Made by a program: the position numbers and the translations under genes. Shown here piece by piece: positions 11,695-23,399 of a DNA stretch of 64,000 nt. Source of the stretch: Raja brachyura (lineage: Eukaryota); contig OY740788.1 of the NCBI GenBank assembly GCA_963514005.1, positions 88,350,001-88,414,000 of the forward strand. Reading direction: 5' to 3'. The notes beneath the pieces are model-generated. The model saw only the letters and a list, made by a program, of their open reading frames with translations. It ran no database searches and had not been told where the DNA came from. Every line of letters starts with the position of its first letter. Position 1 is the stretch's first letter.

Positions 11695-13067
11695 GTAAGT
11701 TCAGTTTACACAATACTCAATGATCTCCGTTAGTGTAGACATGGAACATGCAAGGGCTGGGATTGCAGTTTTCAAGTTAATTTAAGGTTAAACCTATGAT
11801 GATTTCCGTGTTTTTAAAAATATGATGTATTCAATCTTTTGTTTTTCTGAATTTGTTTATGCTTATTCTAATGCATTTAAAATTTAGGAAGTTCTTAGAC
11901 CCTGCAATATTGGGCAGACAAATACATGTAGAGTCATAGAGCATGGAGACAAACTTGCTCACGCTGGCCAACGTACCCCAACTACATCTACTCTATCTAT
12001 ACCTCTTAAATGTTATATATCTGTATAGGAACACACCTCAGTATCTGATACTCCAAGCTTATCCAACTGTGCCATAGCTAATCCCATTCAATGCAGGCAG
12101 GATTGGCAGGACCCAGACAGCGGGATCTTGAGGTGCAAGTCCATGTCTCCCTAAAAGTGCTATTCAAGTAGGTAGGGTAATAAAAGACTCTCCAGCAAAC
12201 TTGCCTTCTGTGGTCACGGTGTTCAGTATTAAAGCCAGCAGATCATGTTGCATCTGTATAAAATTGTGGTTCAGCCAAATTTGGAGAATGTCAGGCAGCA
12301 TCTCTGGGGTAAAAGGATGAGTGACGTTTTGGGTCAGAGCCCTTCATCAGACACAGTAACAGTGCAAGGTCTAAACATGGTTCTGACCCAAAACGTCACC
12401 CATCCGACTCATCCAGAGATGCTGCCTGACCCACTGAGTTACTCCAGCACTTTGTGCCTGTCTTCGGCATAAGCCAGCATCTGCAGTTCCTTTCTACACA
12501 GAAAGAGTGAATGCTTTGTGGAGTATTTCCACTCCATCTACAGGAGTGACCTTGAGCTTCCTGTTGTCACCACTTTAATCCCCTCCACTGCTACCCTGAC
12601 CTCTCTATGTGTCACCTCCGCACTGTTACAATAGGGCACAATTCAATCTCCAGGGTCAAATCTTGCTGACACTCAATGATTTCCAAATGAATGCTTATTT
12701 GGTTAATTTGAATGCATTCCAATAACTGGCCAGGTAAACTCACTGGCTTGTGAACACTCGGTGCTCCCCTTCCTTCCTTTATCACAGTACATTTATATCA
12801 GAATGGTCAATGAAGGTTGCAGGAACAGGGTGCCTCTGGGGACTGTGCTTTATTCAGTGGCCAGTTGGGTCAGCTGGTGGACGCGGGTTGAAAAGCAACA
12901 TTCCACCAGGAATTGGATAAATTCCAGTGAGACTCTGGGAAATAAGTGGGTTAGGATCAGTGGACCACTCTTTCAAAGAGCTGGCACAGAACGATGGGCC
13001 AAGTGGCTTCCTTCTTACTGACATTACGTTTCCCTGATGTTTACCCAATGATGTGATTTCTTTGCAG

Positions 13068-13202
13068 TTTCTCCAACGAAGGGGAATCAAGGTGTGGTGA
13101 TGTACCTTGCCTGGATCATTCTGCCTTTGGTGCTGGGAGTTCTTGCTGTTACTGGAGCCGTTTGCCTCATCAGACGCAGAGCTTCTGGATGCCACCAGTC
13201 CT
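13068..13202 (+). CDS. Gene A transmembrane exon
   Basis: tttgcag| ... |gtatgt, 135 nt, phase 1/1. Translates as (V)SPTKGNQGVVMYLAWIILPLVLGVLAVTGAVCLIRRRASGCHQS: an uncharged hydrophobic helix with an RRR stop-transfer. Confidence 0.88.
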
Positions 13203-13368
13203 GTATGTGTAACTAAATAATTCAGTCTGATCTGATTACTGTGTGGACTTAATGAAATTGGAAGGGCTGGATCCGATTGTCAAAGAGCTGTCATTATGTT
13301 GTTGGGCAGCAAAGTGGGATCACAGCCCCGAGGCTGCTCTTTGTGAGACCTTGTTCTCTGTTTCACAG

Positions 13369-13442
13369 CCCAGTCCGGAGCGGCCGATGACCAGACCCCA
13401 GGACCAGTTTATGAAAACATTTCCGTGGCAAGAAATGTCCCG
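13369..13442 (+). CDS. Gene A cytoplasmic exon 1 (PVYENI tyrosine motif)
   Basis: tttcacag| ... |gtgagt, 74 nt, phase 1/0. Translates as (S)QSGAADDQTPGPVYENISVARNVP. Confidence 0.85.
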
Positions 13443-13555
13443 GTGAGTTCTGATAGTTTTCTGGGATAAGCAGACCTGTGCTGGGATCCCTCTCCCTGAT
13501 GGTGTGTTATTGGCTTCCCATCAGGTATTTACTCCACTCACTTTGTGGATCATTG

Positions 13556-15100
13556 TTGGCTGTGGGCCGAGCATCAAAAACATGTCTAGAAATCAACTTT
13601 CGTGACCCATGTCTCTGAACTACATGACATTTTGCACAGATTTAGATAAAATATAATTGAGAAGGAAATTATAACTCGTCAGTGACAAAAGTTACACATT
13701 AATTAATTAAACTAATTAGAAAATGGTGGAGCGCCATCTAGTGCCAAATTTCCGTGATGCAATGTATTTAAACTATATTTATTATACCATCTATATATAT
13801 ATATATGATTTGTGAATATGACTGTAATCACATATAATTATGTATAATTATATTATATCATAATTATATAATTGTGTGTGTTTGTTGAATGAGTGCCGCA
13901 GCGGTCCAGCTCCTGAACCAGCCTAGTTAATGGGTGAGGGCAGTTACTGTGGGTTCCCCCGTTTACTGAACCCCACTGACTGCCAGTGTGCAGAGTGGGG
14001 GTCACAGCCATAGTGGGACAGGGGCAGTGCCAGGCTGGGGGAAGGCTAAGGCATCTTCCACTGAGAGGAAAATGCCTAACCCTAACTAGCCCCCCCCCCC
14101 CCTCCAGAGCTGCCCACGGTTGGAGCTGGAGCCACTTTGGGACCGGCTGCGGGCTCCGTACATGTGGCCGCTCGGCGAATCCACCTCGGCCAGCACGCCC
14201 TTCTGGATCGTCGTGGTGATGATGGTGGGGAGCAGCACTGTCCTGCACGCTGCCCGGGCCGCCTTCAGCACCCCCATAGTGCCGGCTCCGTCAGTCCGCC
14301 CGTTCACTCGCTGCAACACCGGCCGTCCGACAGCCCGAACCACCCCTCGCACCACTCACCGGCCCACCGACTGCCCGACCGACCCCTCGCACCACTCACC
14401 GGCCCACCGACTGCCCGACCGACCCCTCGCACCACTCACCGGCCCACCGACTGCCCACCGACCCCTCGCACGACTCACCTGCCCACCGACTGCCCGCCCG
14501 ACCCCTCGCACCACTCACCGGCCCACCGACTGCCCGCCCGACCCCTCGCAGCATCTTCTAGCGGTCCGACAGCCCAACTGATCCTCCACAGCATCCATCG
14601 GCCTACTGACAAGCCCGACCGACCGATTGACTGACCCTGTCCTTGACCCTGACCCTAACCCTAGCTGTACATTTGTTATTTATAATTTTTATTTAACAGT
14701 TCACATCCAATCTTTATATAGATAAGTCAGTTGATAAACAAAATGATCAACAAGGTTAGCGTTACCTTTATCCTTGGAAACCTTGTTATTGTTTTGATGT
14801 AATGAGGAGGCAGCCATGATCCCAGAATCCTCGCTGCCTAGCGACCATAAAACAAAGTGCGGGATTGGTCAATTTGCGTCCGAACTCAATGTCAAATGTC
14901 AAACGTGCATTGATTGGACAATTACTACTCGGAAAATTGGAAGTTTTTATCATATTTAAACAAAATGTGCAGGTTTTGTTCTTGTCGAGTTTCAGGTATG
15001 ATTTATATAATATTTATATTATATAATATGTTAAAAATTCAGGTAATTCTGTGAGTTGGGTCACGAACATGAACGAAAAAGCTCCTCGGCCCACAGCCTA
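13556..15100. mobile_element. Non-autonomous DNA transposon with ~16-bp TIRs, present only in gene A
   Basis: ttggctgtgggccgag ... ctcggcccacagccta, with a subterminal ttcgtgaccca/tgggtcacgaa pair and an apparent TTG duplication. The empty site is in gene B near 41753. Confidence 0.82.
14342..14551. repeat. GC-rich 40-bp minisatellite (about 5 copies)
   Basis: Unit acccctcgcaccactcaccggcccaccgactgcccgaccg. Confidence 0.95.
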
Positions 15101-16138
15101 TTGGGTATTGTCGCAATGCCTTTATCATGTGTAAATGTACGTGGTGCATCTGTTGTTGATGGAGAGTGGGACTTGCACTGCTCGTGAGCAGGTGTGTGAG
15201 AACACACTACCAGGTCCAACAACCCACTGAAGGTTCAGCTTCAGCTGTTTAACCTGAGAGGAGTTCAACGTCTGGATCTCTCCTGCTATTGTCTGCCCAG
15301 AACCATCCCCTCTGGCCACGCATATGGCCATCAGCTTCACTATTAGCACAACGACTTCAACTGTTGTCTGATAATGTTCACTTCAAACTAATTGGAGTGT
15401 TTAACCATAGTAAAGGCAGGTCCTTGATCAATATGGTTTCAGAATCCTTTCAAAAATCTCTCCCCATGCCTTTGATGATAATCATTCTTAGTACTTCAGC
15501 TGCTGAAACTGCTGACACCTGTGTGACATGGAGTGTGTGTGGTGTGGTGTGTGTGTGCTTCTTGCTCCCATTTCCATGGAGTGTGTGTGGTGTGTGTGTG
15601 TGCTTCTTGCTCCCATTTCCATGGACTGTGTCCCAGATTAGAGATTGCTGTTGTTTCAGTGTGTGTGGAGACATTATATTTTTCTTATGAGTGTAGTTCC
15701 AGCATCTCCCATCATCGCACGGAACATATTCAGTACTTGTTCTCCTGAACAATGAAGGGAGCTGCCAGGATTCCTGCTACAATCTTTCAGACCCTCTGCT
15801 CCAATTTATTTCCTCTCTCCCTTCAGTTGCCCGACCACAGACTGACTGGGAGTGTCAGAGATGGGGAAACAAAGTCTGTTCTCGGGCTGCTCTACACCCA
15901 CTGCCAATGGGGTTTGTGGGAAGTGCCCAGCATTCTGTTCCTTTCATCTTCCTGATCCTCGGCAATTATTTGCAGTGACTGCAATCTTTTGCTTAACTTG
16001 ACAACAACCTCCACTTCCTCCTGTCCACTTGACACCTGACTTTGTAGTTTTCAATAACACGAGTGGCCATGGTGACTGCAGTGAATTCTGAAGCCAGCTT
16101 TTTGACCAAAGTAACTGTTCGATTGTGTTGTGTTGCAG

Positions 16139-16180
16139 AAGTCAGGAGATCACCAGGCAGATCCAAACGCCATCTACATG
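16139..16180 (+). CDS. Gene A cytoplasmic exon 2 (first half of the ITAM)
   Basis: ttgcag| ... |gtgaga, 42 nt, phase 0/0. Translates as KSGDHQADPNAIYM and is conserved with 35911-35870. Confidence 0.82.
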
Positions 16181-16270
16181 GTGAGAAAAGTCACATTTAG
16201 TACGTTGAAGCGTTTCACTGACCACGAGTTGCTAAGCTGCTGTTTCTAACATTTCTTTGTTTTCTACTAG

Positions 16271-16313
16271 AATTTGCAAAGACCCACTCAGTAGATCTAT
16301 GGTCATCTCTGAG
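16271..16313 (+). CDS. Gene A cytoplasmic exon 3 with premature stop (NLQRPTQ*)
   Basis: ctactag| ... g|gtacgt. TAG at 16292-16294 stands where B has TCC, and TGA at 16310-16312 where B has CAA. Residual IYGHL codons lie between the two stops. Confidence 0.8.
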
Positions 16314-17992
16314 GTACGTTCCAGTAACTGTTGACAATGGCACATCTGCACCATATGATATCTGTCAACTGCTGCAGTAATGGTGAGGATTCAGACAGGA
16401 ACGACAAGCGTGGAGATGGGCCGACAGGAGTTCAGTCTGACTACAAGTTTGGTTCAGAGAGTAAATTAACACCCGTCACCGAGTTGGATTATCTGGCTAT
16501 GAACACGCATCCTTGTAATCCTGGTAACACTGAGTATTTAATCTGGATGAAGGGACCAGAGCAAGTTAATTTCTCATTCATTATCCCACCTTGGTTTCAG
16601 ATATTGTCTCTGACATTTCCAACAAAAGCTGTTCCATGAATTGTTGGGGATTGGACGATAGTGATCAAGATGAAACTCGCATTCCCTGACCAATACTTCA
16701 GTGATCAGTCACTGTGATATCAGAGAGAGGGCATCTGTGACTAAGGAAGAACTCAACCTCATTCTTACCTTAATTACCGTCAGGGTGAAGCAGGGTTCAT
16801 TTTTTTTCAGCAAAGGTCCCAAGACTCAAGTTGCCTTCAGTTTGGGAGGAGAAAGTGGGGTCGTACTGAAGTGTTTTCGATTTTAATGGGTTCTCTATAG
16901 AAACTTAGAACACAGAAACATACAGTGCATTCAGAAAGTATGCAGAACCCTTCACTTTTTCCACATTTTGTTACGTGACAGCCTTATTCTAAAATTGATT
17001 AAATTCATTTCTTTATCATCGATCTACACACAATATCCCAAAATAAAAAAGCAAAACGGGTGTTTAGAAATGTTGACAGTAATTAAAGAGAAATAACTGA
17101 AATATCACATTTACATAAGTATCAGACCCTTTACTCAGTACTTTGTTGAGGCACCTTTGGCAGTGATTACAGCCTCAAGTCTTCTTGGGTATGATGCTAC
17201 AAGCTTGGCACACCTGTATTTGGGTAATTTCTCCCATGCTTCTCTGCAGATCCTCTCAAGCTCTGTCAGGTTGGATGGGGAGCGTCGATGCACAGCTATT
17301 TTCAGGTCCCTCCAGAGATGTTCGATCGGGTTCAAGTCCGGGCTCTGGCTGGGCCACTCAAGGACATTCACAAACTTGTCACAAAGCCACTCCTGCGTTG
17401 TCTTGGCTGTGTGCTTAGGGTCGTTGTCCTGTTGGAAGGTGATCCTCCGCCCCAGTCTGAGGACTTGAACGCTCTGGAGCAGGTTTTCATCAAGGATCTC
17501 TCTGTACTTCGCTCCGTTCATCTTTCCCTCGATCCTGGCTAGTCTCCCAGTTCCTGCCACTGAAAAACTTCCCCACAGCATGATGCTGCCACCTCCATGC
17601 TTCACCGTAGGTATGGTATTGGCCAGGTGATGAGCGGTGCCTGGTTTCCTCCAGACGTGACACTTGGCATTCAGGCCAAAGAGTTCAATCTTGGTTTCAT
17701 CAGACCAGAGAATCTTGTTTCTCATGGTCTGAGAGTCCTTTAGGTGCCTTTTGGCAAACTCCAAGCGGGCTGTCATGTGCCTTTTACTGAGGAGTGGCTT
17801 CCGTCTGGCCACTCTACCATAAGGCCTGATTGGTGGAGTGCTGCAGATATAGTTGTCCTTCTGGAAGGTTCTCCCTTCTCCACAGAGGATCTCTGGAGCT
17901 CTGTCAGAGTGACCATTGGGTTCTTGGTCACCTCCCTAAACAAGGCCCTTCTCCCCCGATTGCTCTGTTTGGCCGGGCAGCTCTATGAAGAG

Positions 17993-18627
17993 GGTTACAC
18001 AAAAAGCTGGAGAAACTCAGCGGGTGCAGCAGCATCTAAGGAGCGAAGGAGATAGGCGACGTTTCGGGTCGAGACCCTTTTTCCTTTGCAAGCCTCCATG
18101 TTGCTGACTCCCACCACTCTGTTTGTAATGGCACTGGGTCCTAGTGCCCGTCTCCCCAGGCCCGGTGACCTCAGTGGCTATTCCACTGGGTCTTCCCCAT
18201 CCCCCTCCTACTATGTAACCCCTGGTCTTCCCCACCTACACCACAGCCCCCATACCCCCCCACCCCCTGACCACCCTCCACCCTCCCCACCACACAACGC
18301 TCCATCCTCAGTCCACTCCCCTGCCTTCCTCCGGCCACAACCCCCATCCTTGCCGCGTGTTCACCATCCCCCCCGGACCTCCCCCTCTCCGACACCGAAA
18401 GGTCGGTCCTCAGCAGAGGTCTTACCTTTGTCCCCCTCCGTCCCCACCTCAATGAGTTCCGCGCCCACCACGACTTGGAGCTCTTCTACCGTCGTCTATA
18501 AGGAAGAAGGGTCTCGACCCGAAACATCGCCTATCTCCTTCGCTCCTTAGATGCTGCTGCACCCGATGAGTTTCTCCAGCTTTTTGTGTAACCCTCGATT
18601 CTCCAGCATCTGCAATTCCTTCTTTAA
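17993..18627. mobile_element. Penelope-like insertion: internal ORF piece between inverted pLTR-like ends, 15-bp TSD
   Basis: TSD cagctctatgaagag at 17978-17992 and 18628-18642. Inner sequence encodes RVFTIPPDLPLSDTERSVLSRGLTFVP. The two ends are reverse complements of each other. Confidence 0.75.
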
Positions 18628-18732
18628 CAGCTCTATGAAGAGTCCTGGTGGTTCCAAAGTTAAGAATGACTGAGCCCACTGTGCTCTTCGGGACCTGCAA
18701 TGCTGCAGAGATTGTTTTATACCCTTCCCAGA

Positions 18733-19008
18733 TCTTTAAGAATAAGGAGTAAGCCATTTAGAACGGAGACGAGGAAACGCTTTTTCTCACAGAGAGTTGT
18801 GAGTCTGTGGAATTCTCTGCCTCAGAGGGCGGTGGAGGCGGGTTCTCTGAATGCTTTCAAGAGAGAGCTAGATAGGGCTCTTAAAAATAGCGGAGTCAGG
18901 GGATATGGGGAGAAGGCAGGAACGGGGTACTGATTGGGGATGATCAGACATGATCACATTGAATGGCGGTGCTGGCTTGAATGGCCTGCTCCTGCACCTA
19001 TTGTCAAT
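18733..19008 (+). mobile_element. CR1 3' end inserted in Tc1 copy 1
   Basis: LRIRSKPFRTETRKRFFSQRVVSLWNSLPQ followed by the 3' UTR. Confidence 0.9.
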
Positions 19009-19451
19009 TGTGTCTTCACACTATCCTGTCTCTGAGGTCTATGGACAATTCCTTTGTCTTCATGGCTTGGTTTTTGCTCTGACATGCACTGCCAACTGTG
19101 TGACCTTATATAGACAGGTGTGTGCCTTTCCAAATCATGTCCAATCAATGCCATTTACCACTGGTGGACTCCAATCAAGTTGTAGAAACATCTCAAGGAT
19201 AATCAATGGAAACAGGATGAACCCGAGCTCAATTTTGAGTGTCATAGCAAAGGGTCTGAATACTTATGTAAATGTGATATTTTAGTTATTTATTTGTTAT
19301 ACTGTAAACATTTCTAAACACCTGTTTTCACTTTTTTATTATGGGATATTGTGTGTAGATTGCTGATAATAAAAATGAATTTAATGCATTTTAAAATAAA
19401 GCTGTCACGTAACAACATGTGAATGGGTCTGAATACTTTCGGAATGTGCTG

Positions 19452-20065
19452 TAGAAAATAGGTGTGGGAGTAGGCCATTCGGCCCTTCGAGCCAGCACCG
19501 CCATTCAATATGATCATGGTTGATCATCCAAAATCAGTACCCCGTTCCACATTCTCCCCTTATCCCTTGATTCCGTTAGCCCTAAGAGCTATATCTAACT
19601 CTCTCCTGAATACATCCAGTGAATCGGCCTCCACTGCCTCATGTGGCAGAGAATTCCACAGATTCACAACTCTCTGGGTGAAAATGTTTTTCCTCATATC
19701 AGTCTTCTTCTTCTGCATGGCGTGCACAGCCAAAGTTGTAGGACAACTTGTTCTATTTGATCTCATTTGATTGTGCACGCCAAGTTGATTGCATTCGTCG
19801 AAACAGGGTGGACCACATGAAGGTTGCAATCATCCACTCCCTCAGATCAGTCCTAAATGGCCTACCCCTTATTCTTAAACTGTGACCCCTGGTTCTGGAC
19901 TCCCCCAATGTCGGGAACATTTCTCCTGCATCTAGCCTGTCCAATCCCTTAAAATGTTTTATGTTTCTATAAGATCCACTCCCATCCTTCTAGATTCCAG
20001 TGAATATTATCCCAGATGATCCATTCTTTCATCATATGTCAGTCCCACCATCCCGGGAATGAACC
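19452..20065 (-). mobile_element. CR1 3' fragment with a small nested insertion
   Basis: FTQRVVNLWNSLP and GESRTRGHSLRI on the minus strand. Confidence 0.85.
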
Positions 20066-20650
20066 TGACTGCTGGGCAGAGAGCAGCAACTTGGTCCGGT
20101 GGGAATCTCGAAGGAGACGTGCATTGGCTGGAACTTTCAGATTTGGAGCGTAGGTGTCTGAGGGCTGGTTGGTCTTATTGTGGTGTTCAGGATGATGAGG
20201 GACATGGATAATGTGAATGCTCACAGTCCTTTCTCCATGGTAGAGGATTGTAAAACTAAAGGGTATATGTTTGAAGTGAGAGGTGAGAACCTTTTGAGGG
20301 ACCTTTAGAAGCAACTTTTTCATGCAGACAGTTGTCCATTTCCCAAATGAGTTGGCCTGTTCCCATGCTGTATAGCTATGTGACCATGACTTTAACATCC
20401 CATGGGGTTCAACGTTATTCGAGAGCAGAGATACATACCATAGATTGGGCCTGTGTCTAGACACTCAACGAAACAGTTCTGGCAATGTCTGGAACTGATG
20501 TGAACTCGTGCATTGAAGCGCAGTTAGTGCTGTCTTATCACAAGGGGTCGGGCAGCATCTCTGGAGAACATGAACAGATGACCATTCAGACATGTATTCT
20601 TCACCATTTTGCTTTGTGTAACTGGGTTCTGTTTAATTTTCTTTAAACAG

Positions 20651-20676
20651 GCAGCAAACAAGCGTCCCACAGCTGA
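20651..20676 (+). other. Gene A terminal exon (ancestrally coding GSKQASHS*, now downstream of the premature stop)
   Basis: tttaattttctttaaacag| acceptor. Homologous to 32525-32500 with the stop codon at the same position. Confidence 0.68.
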
Positions 20677-20777
20677 ACTGTCTGGGCATCCTCGTTTAGG
20701 TGAAGGAAGATTGGATGATATCTGCACAGTCCCAGTGGTTCCATTCACTTTATGTATGACCCAAGAGATGTTTATTA

Positions 20778-20976
20778 CTGGGCCGTCTTAACGCATGGGC
20801 ACGCTGGGCAGTTGCCCGGGGCCCCACGAGTACAGGGGCCACATGCTAATCTATGTATTGTAGAATGTTATTGTAGAACATGACGCCATATTTGATTCGG
20901 TCTAAAGAAACTGGAAGTGTAGGGGCCCAGTGCACTGCTTTGCCCGGGGTCCTATAATGCTGTTAAGACAGCCCTG
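20778..20976. mobile_element. hAT-type MITE
   Basis: TIRs ctgggccgtcttaac / gttaagacagccctg. 8-bp TSD gtttatta / gtttaata. Confidence 0.8.
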
Positions 20977-21114
20977 GTTTAATAGAAGGAACATTTGGGA
21001 TATGTGCATCAATAAAAAACATCCCTTTCCACATCATTCTCCCATTGACAGAAATGTAGGAAAAATAAGTGACATCGACATTGAAGCTGGTTGTTTGGAC
21101 GGCATGTATCAGCT

Positions 21115-22722
21115 ATCTGCCCTCCTAAAGGACATCATCATAACAGCCGGTCCCAGCATCCTCGCCATGGGCAACAGTTCTCTGGCCACTGGCTCTGTAC
21201 CTACCTGCTTCAAGCATGCAGTGGTCCAGCCACTCCTGAAAAAACCTAACCTCGTCCTCACCTTGCCTAGCAGCTACAGACCCATTTCTATGCCTTTCCT
21301 CTCAAAAGCCCTTGAAAAGGTAATTTTAAGTCAACTTATGCCTTACCTTCGCCAAAATACTATCTTGGAAACTTTCCAATCAGGTTTCAGGGCCCACACA
21401 GCACAGAGTCTGCCTTATTGAAGGTACATAATGACTTACTGCTCACCGTTGACTCCGGTGACTGTGCAATCCTGCTCCTTCTCGACCTCAGTGCAGCATT
21501 TGATACTGTCGACCACACCATCCTAATTGACCGTCTCCAGTACGGGGTTGGTATTGATGGCACTGCCCTGAGCTGGTTCATCTCCTACCCCAAAGGTAGG
21601 AGTTTCTCTACTAACATAGGCAACTCTTTCTCCTCCCCAGCTAGCCTCTGCTGTGAGGTTCCACAAGGTTCCATCCTTGGCCCCATTCCCTTCTCCCTGT
21701 ATATGCTCCCCTTAGGCCAAGTCATTGAAAGGCACGGCATTTCCTTCCATTGCTACGCAGCCGATACACAACTGTACCTCCCCCTGAAGCCCAAAAAACA
21801 ATCAAATCTGCTTAACCTTACCCGCTGCCTCAAGGATATAAAGTGCTGGATGGCCCAGAACTTCCTCCAACTAAACGAGAGTAAGTCTGAGGTCATCCTT
21901 CTCGGCCCCTCGGACTCAATCAAAACGATAGCAGGCAGCCTTGGAAGCCTTACCCCACTACTCAAACCTCACGTCACAAACCTTGGTGTGATATTTGACT
22001 CAGCACTGAAGTTTGACAAGTCAATGCCGTGGTAAAAGCTAGCTTCCTTCAGCTTCGGACGATAGCTAAAATAAAACAATTCCTCCAGTTTGATGACCTT
22101 GAAAAGATCATCCACACATTTATCTCCTCCCGCCTAGATTACTGCAGCTCCCTCTACACTGGCATCAGCCAATCTTCCCTGTCTCGCCTGCAACTGGTCC
22201 AAAACGCCACAACGAGACTCCAGACGGGCACCCGAAAAAGGGACCACATCACCCCGATCCTGGCCTCTCTCCACTGGCTCCCTGTGCGGTTCCGAATAAA
22301 TTTCAAGATCCTCCTCTTTGTCTACAAAGCCCTCAATGGGCTTTCCCCCACCTACATTAAAAGTCTGCTCACCCACCGCACCACCTCCAGGTCCCTCAGA
22401 TCGCCCGAATTGGGATTGCTGAATGTCCCGCAGTCTAGGCCTAAGCTCAGGGGCGACCGCGCCTTTGTGGTCGCAGCTCCTAGACTGTGGAACAGCATCC
22501 CCCTCCCCATTAGAACTGCCCCCTCCATCCAGTCCTTTAAGTCTAATCTAAAAACGTATCTGTTCTCCCAAGCCTTTCCTGACGTCCTCTGAGTGAGGGC
22601 TATTTGTATATATGTATGTAGCCTGCTTGTGTCTACTACTCTTATAACAAATGTAAAGCACTTTGGTCAATGAGAGTTGTTTTTTAAATGTGCTATATAA
22701 ATAAATGTGACTTGACTTGACT
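21115..22722 (+). mobile_element. L2-clade LINE, 5'-truncated
   Basis: LLLLDLSAAFDTVDH, VPQGSILGP, YAADTQLY, HITPILASLHWLPV, then an aataaa and (gactt)n tail. Frameshifted. Confidence 0.92.
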
Positions 22723-23399
22723 AGTTGCTTCCCAAAGTAAGATAAGAATTTGAAGACAATCAAGTATATGGAGACTTTGCAATGGTTGTATAGACTTCCT
22801 CAAGTTATAGTTTACTGCTTTAAAATATTGCCTTGATTGTTCAAACTGTTCGACTGCATGAATATAGATGTTGCAGCTTTCTAATAAACATGCAGCTTAA
22901 ACTCTGAAGCTATTGTTGAGATAATAGGAGAGGGCTGAGTGAAAATGTTGCATTGTGGTCTCTATTAAATATTGCCCCTCTCACCTTAAGCCAATGTGCT
23001 CCCGTTTTACAATCTGTACCTTGAGGAAATAAACTGTGTTCACTTTATCCCTGCCTCTTGTCATCTTACATACTCCAGAAAGATCACCCTTCAGCTTCCT
23101 ATGCTCCAAAGGAAAAAGGTCACAGCCAATCTAGCTTCTCTTTAAACTTAGGCCTGCAAGGATCAGTAAAATCTTGGTGAAACTTCTGCACCTTCTCCAA
23201 AGTAGTGACATCTTCCCAATAACTAGCGACTGGAACTGCACACAGTACTCCAAGTGTAGTCTCACCAATAACGTACAGAAATACCATGATGTCCCAATTT
23301 TTGTATATGGTCAAGAGTACTTTTGTAATGGTCAAGGGTTTAAAGAAAAAGGTATTGGACAGGTATAGGCAGCTGGAATCAAGTGTATCCCTGGAGGAG

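Larger units (their letters stand above)
10645..13555 (+). repeat. Near-identical arm of an inverted duplication (partner about 41753-44680)
   Basis: Reverse-complement match including the SINE, V exon, TM exon and first cytoplasmic exon. ORFs 10766-10963 and 44359-44556, and 12245-12472 and 42889-43074, mirror each other. Confidence 0.95.
16923..19451 (-). mobile_element. Tc1 (DD34E, IR/DR type) transposon copy 1, interrupted by two insertions
   Basis: TA|cagtgcattcagaaagta ... tactttcggaatgtgctg|TA. Transposase C-terminal ORF 17135-17812 ([25 protein letters not shown]). Confidence 0.95.

Noticed and set aside
14342-14551. CRISPR-like array
   Set aside because: Head-to-tail repeats without unique spacers, in a eukaryotic context.
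13853-14634. Several overlapping 130-165 aa ORFs
   Set aside because: Products of a GC-rich minisatellite inside a non-autonomous element.
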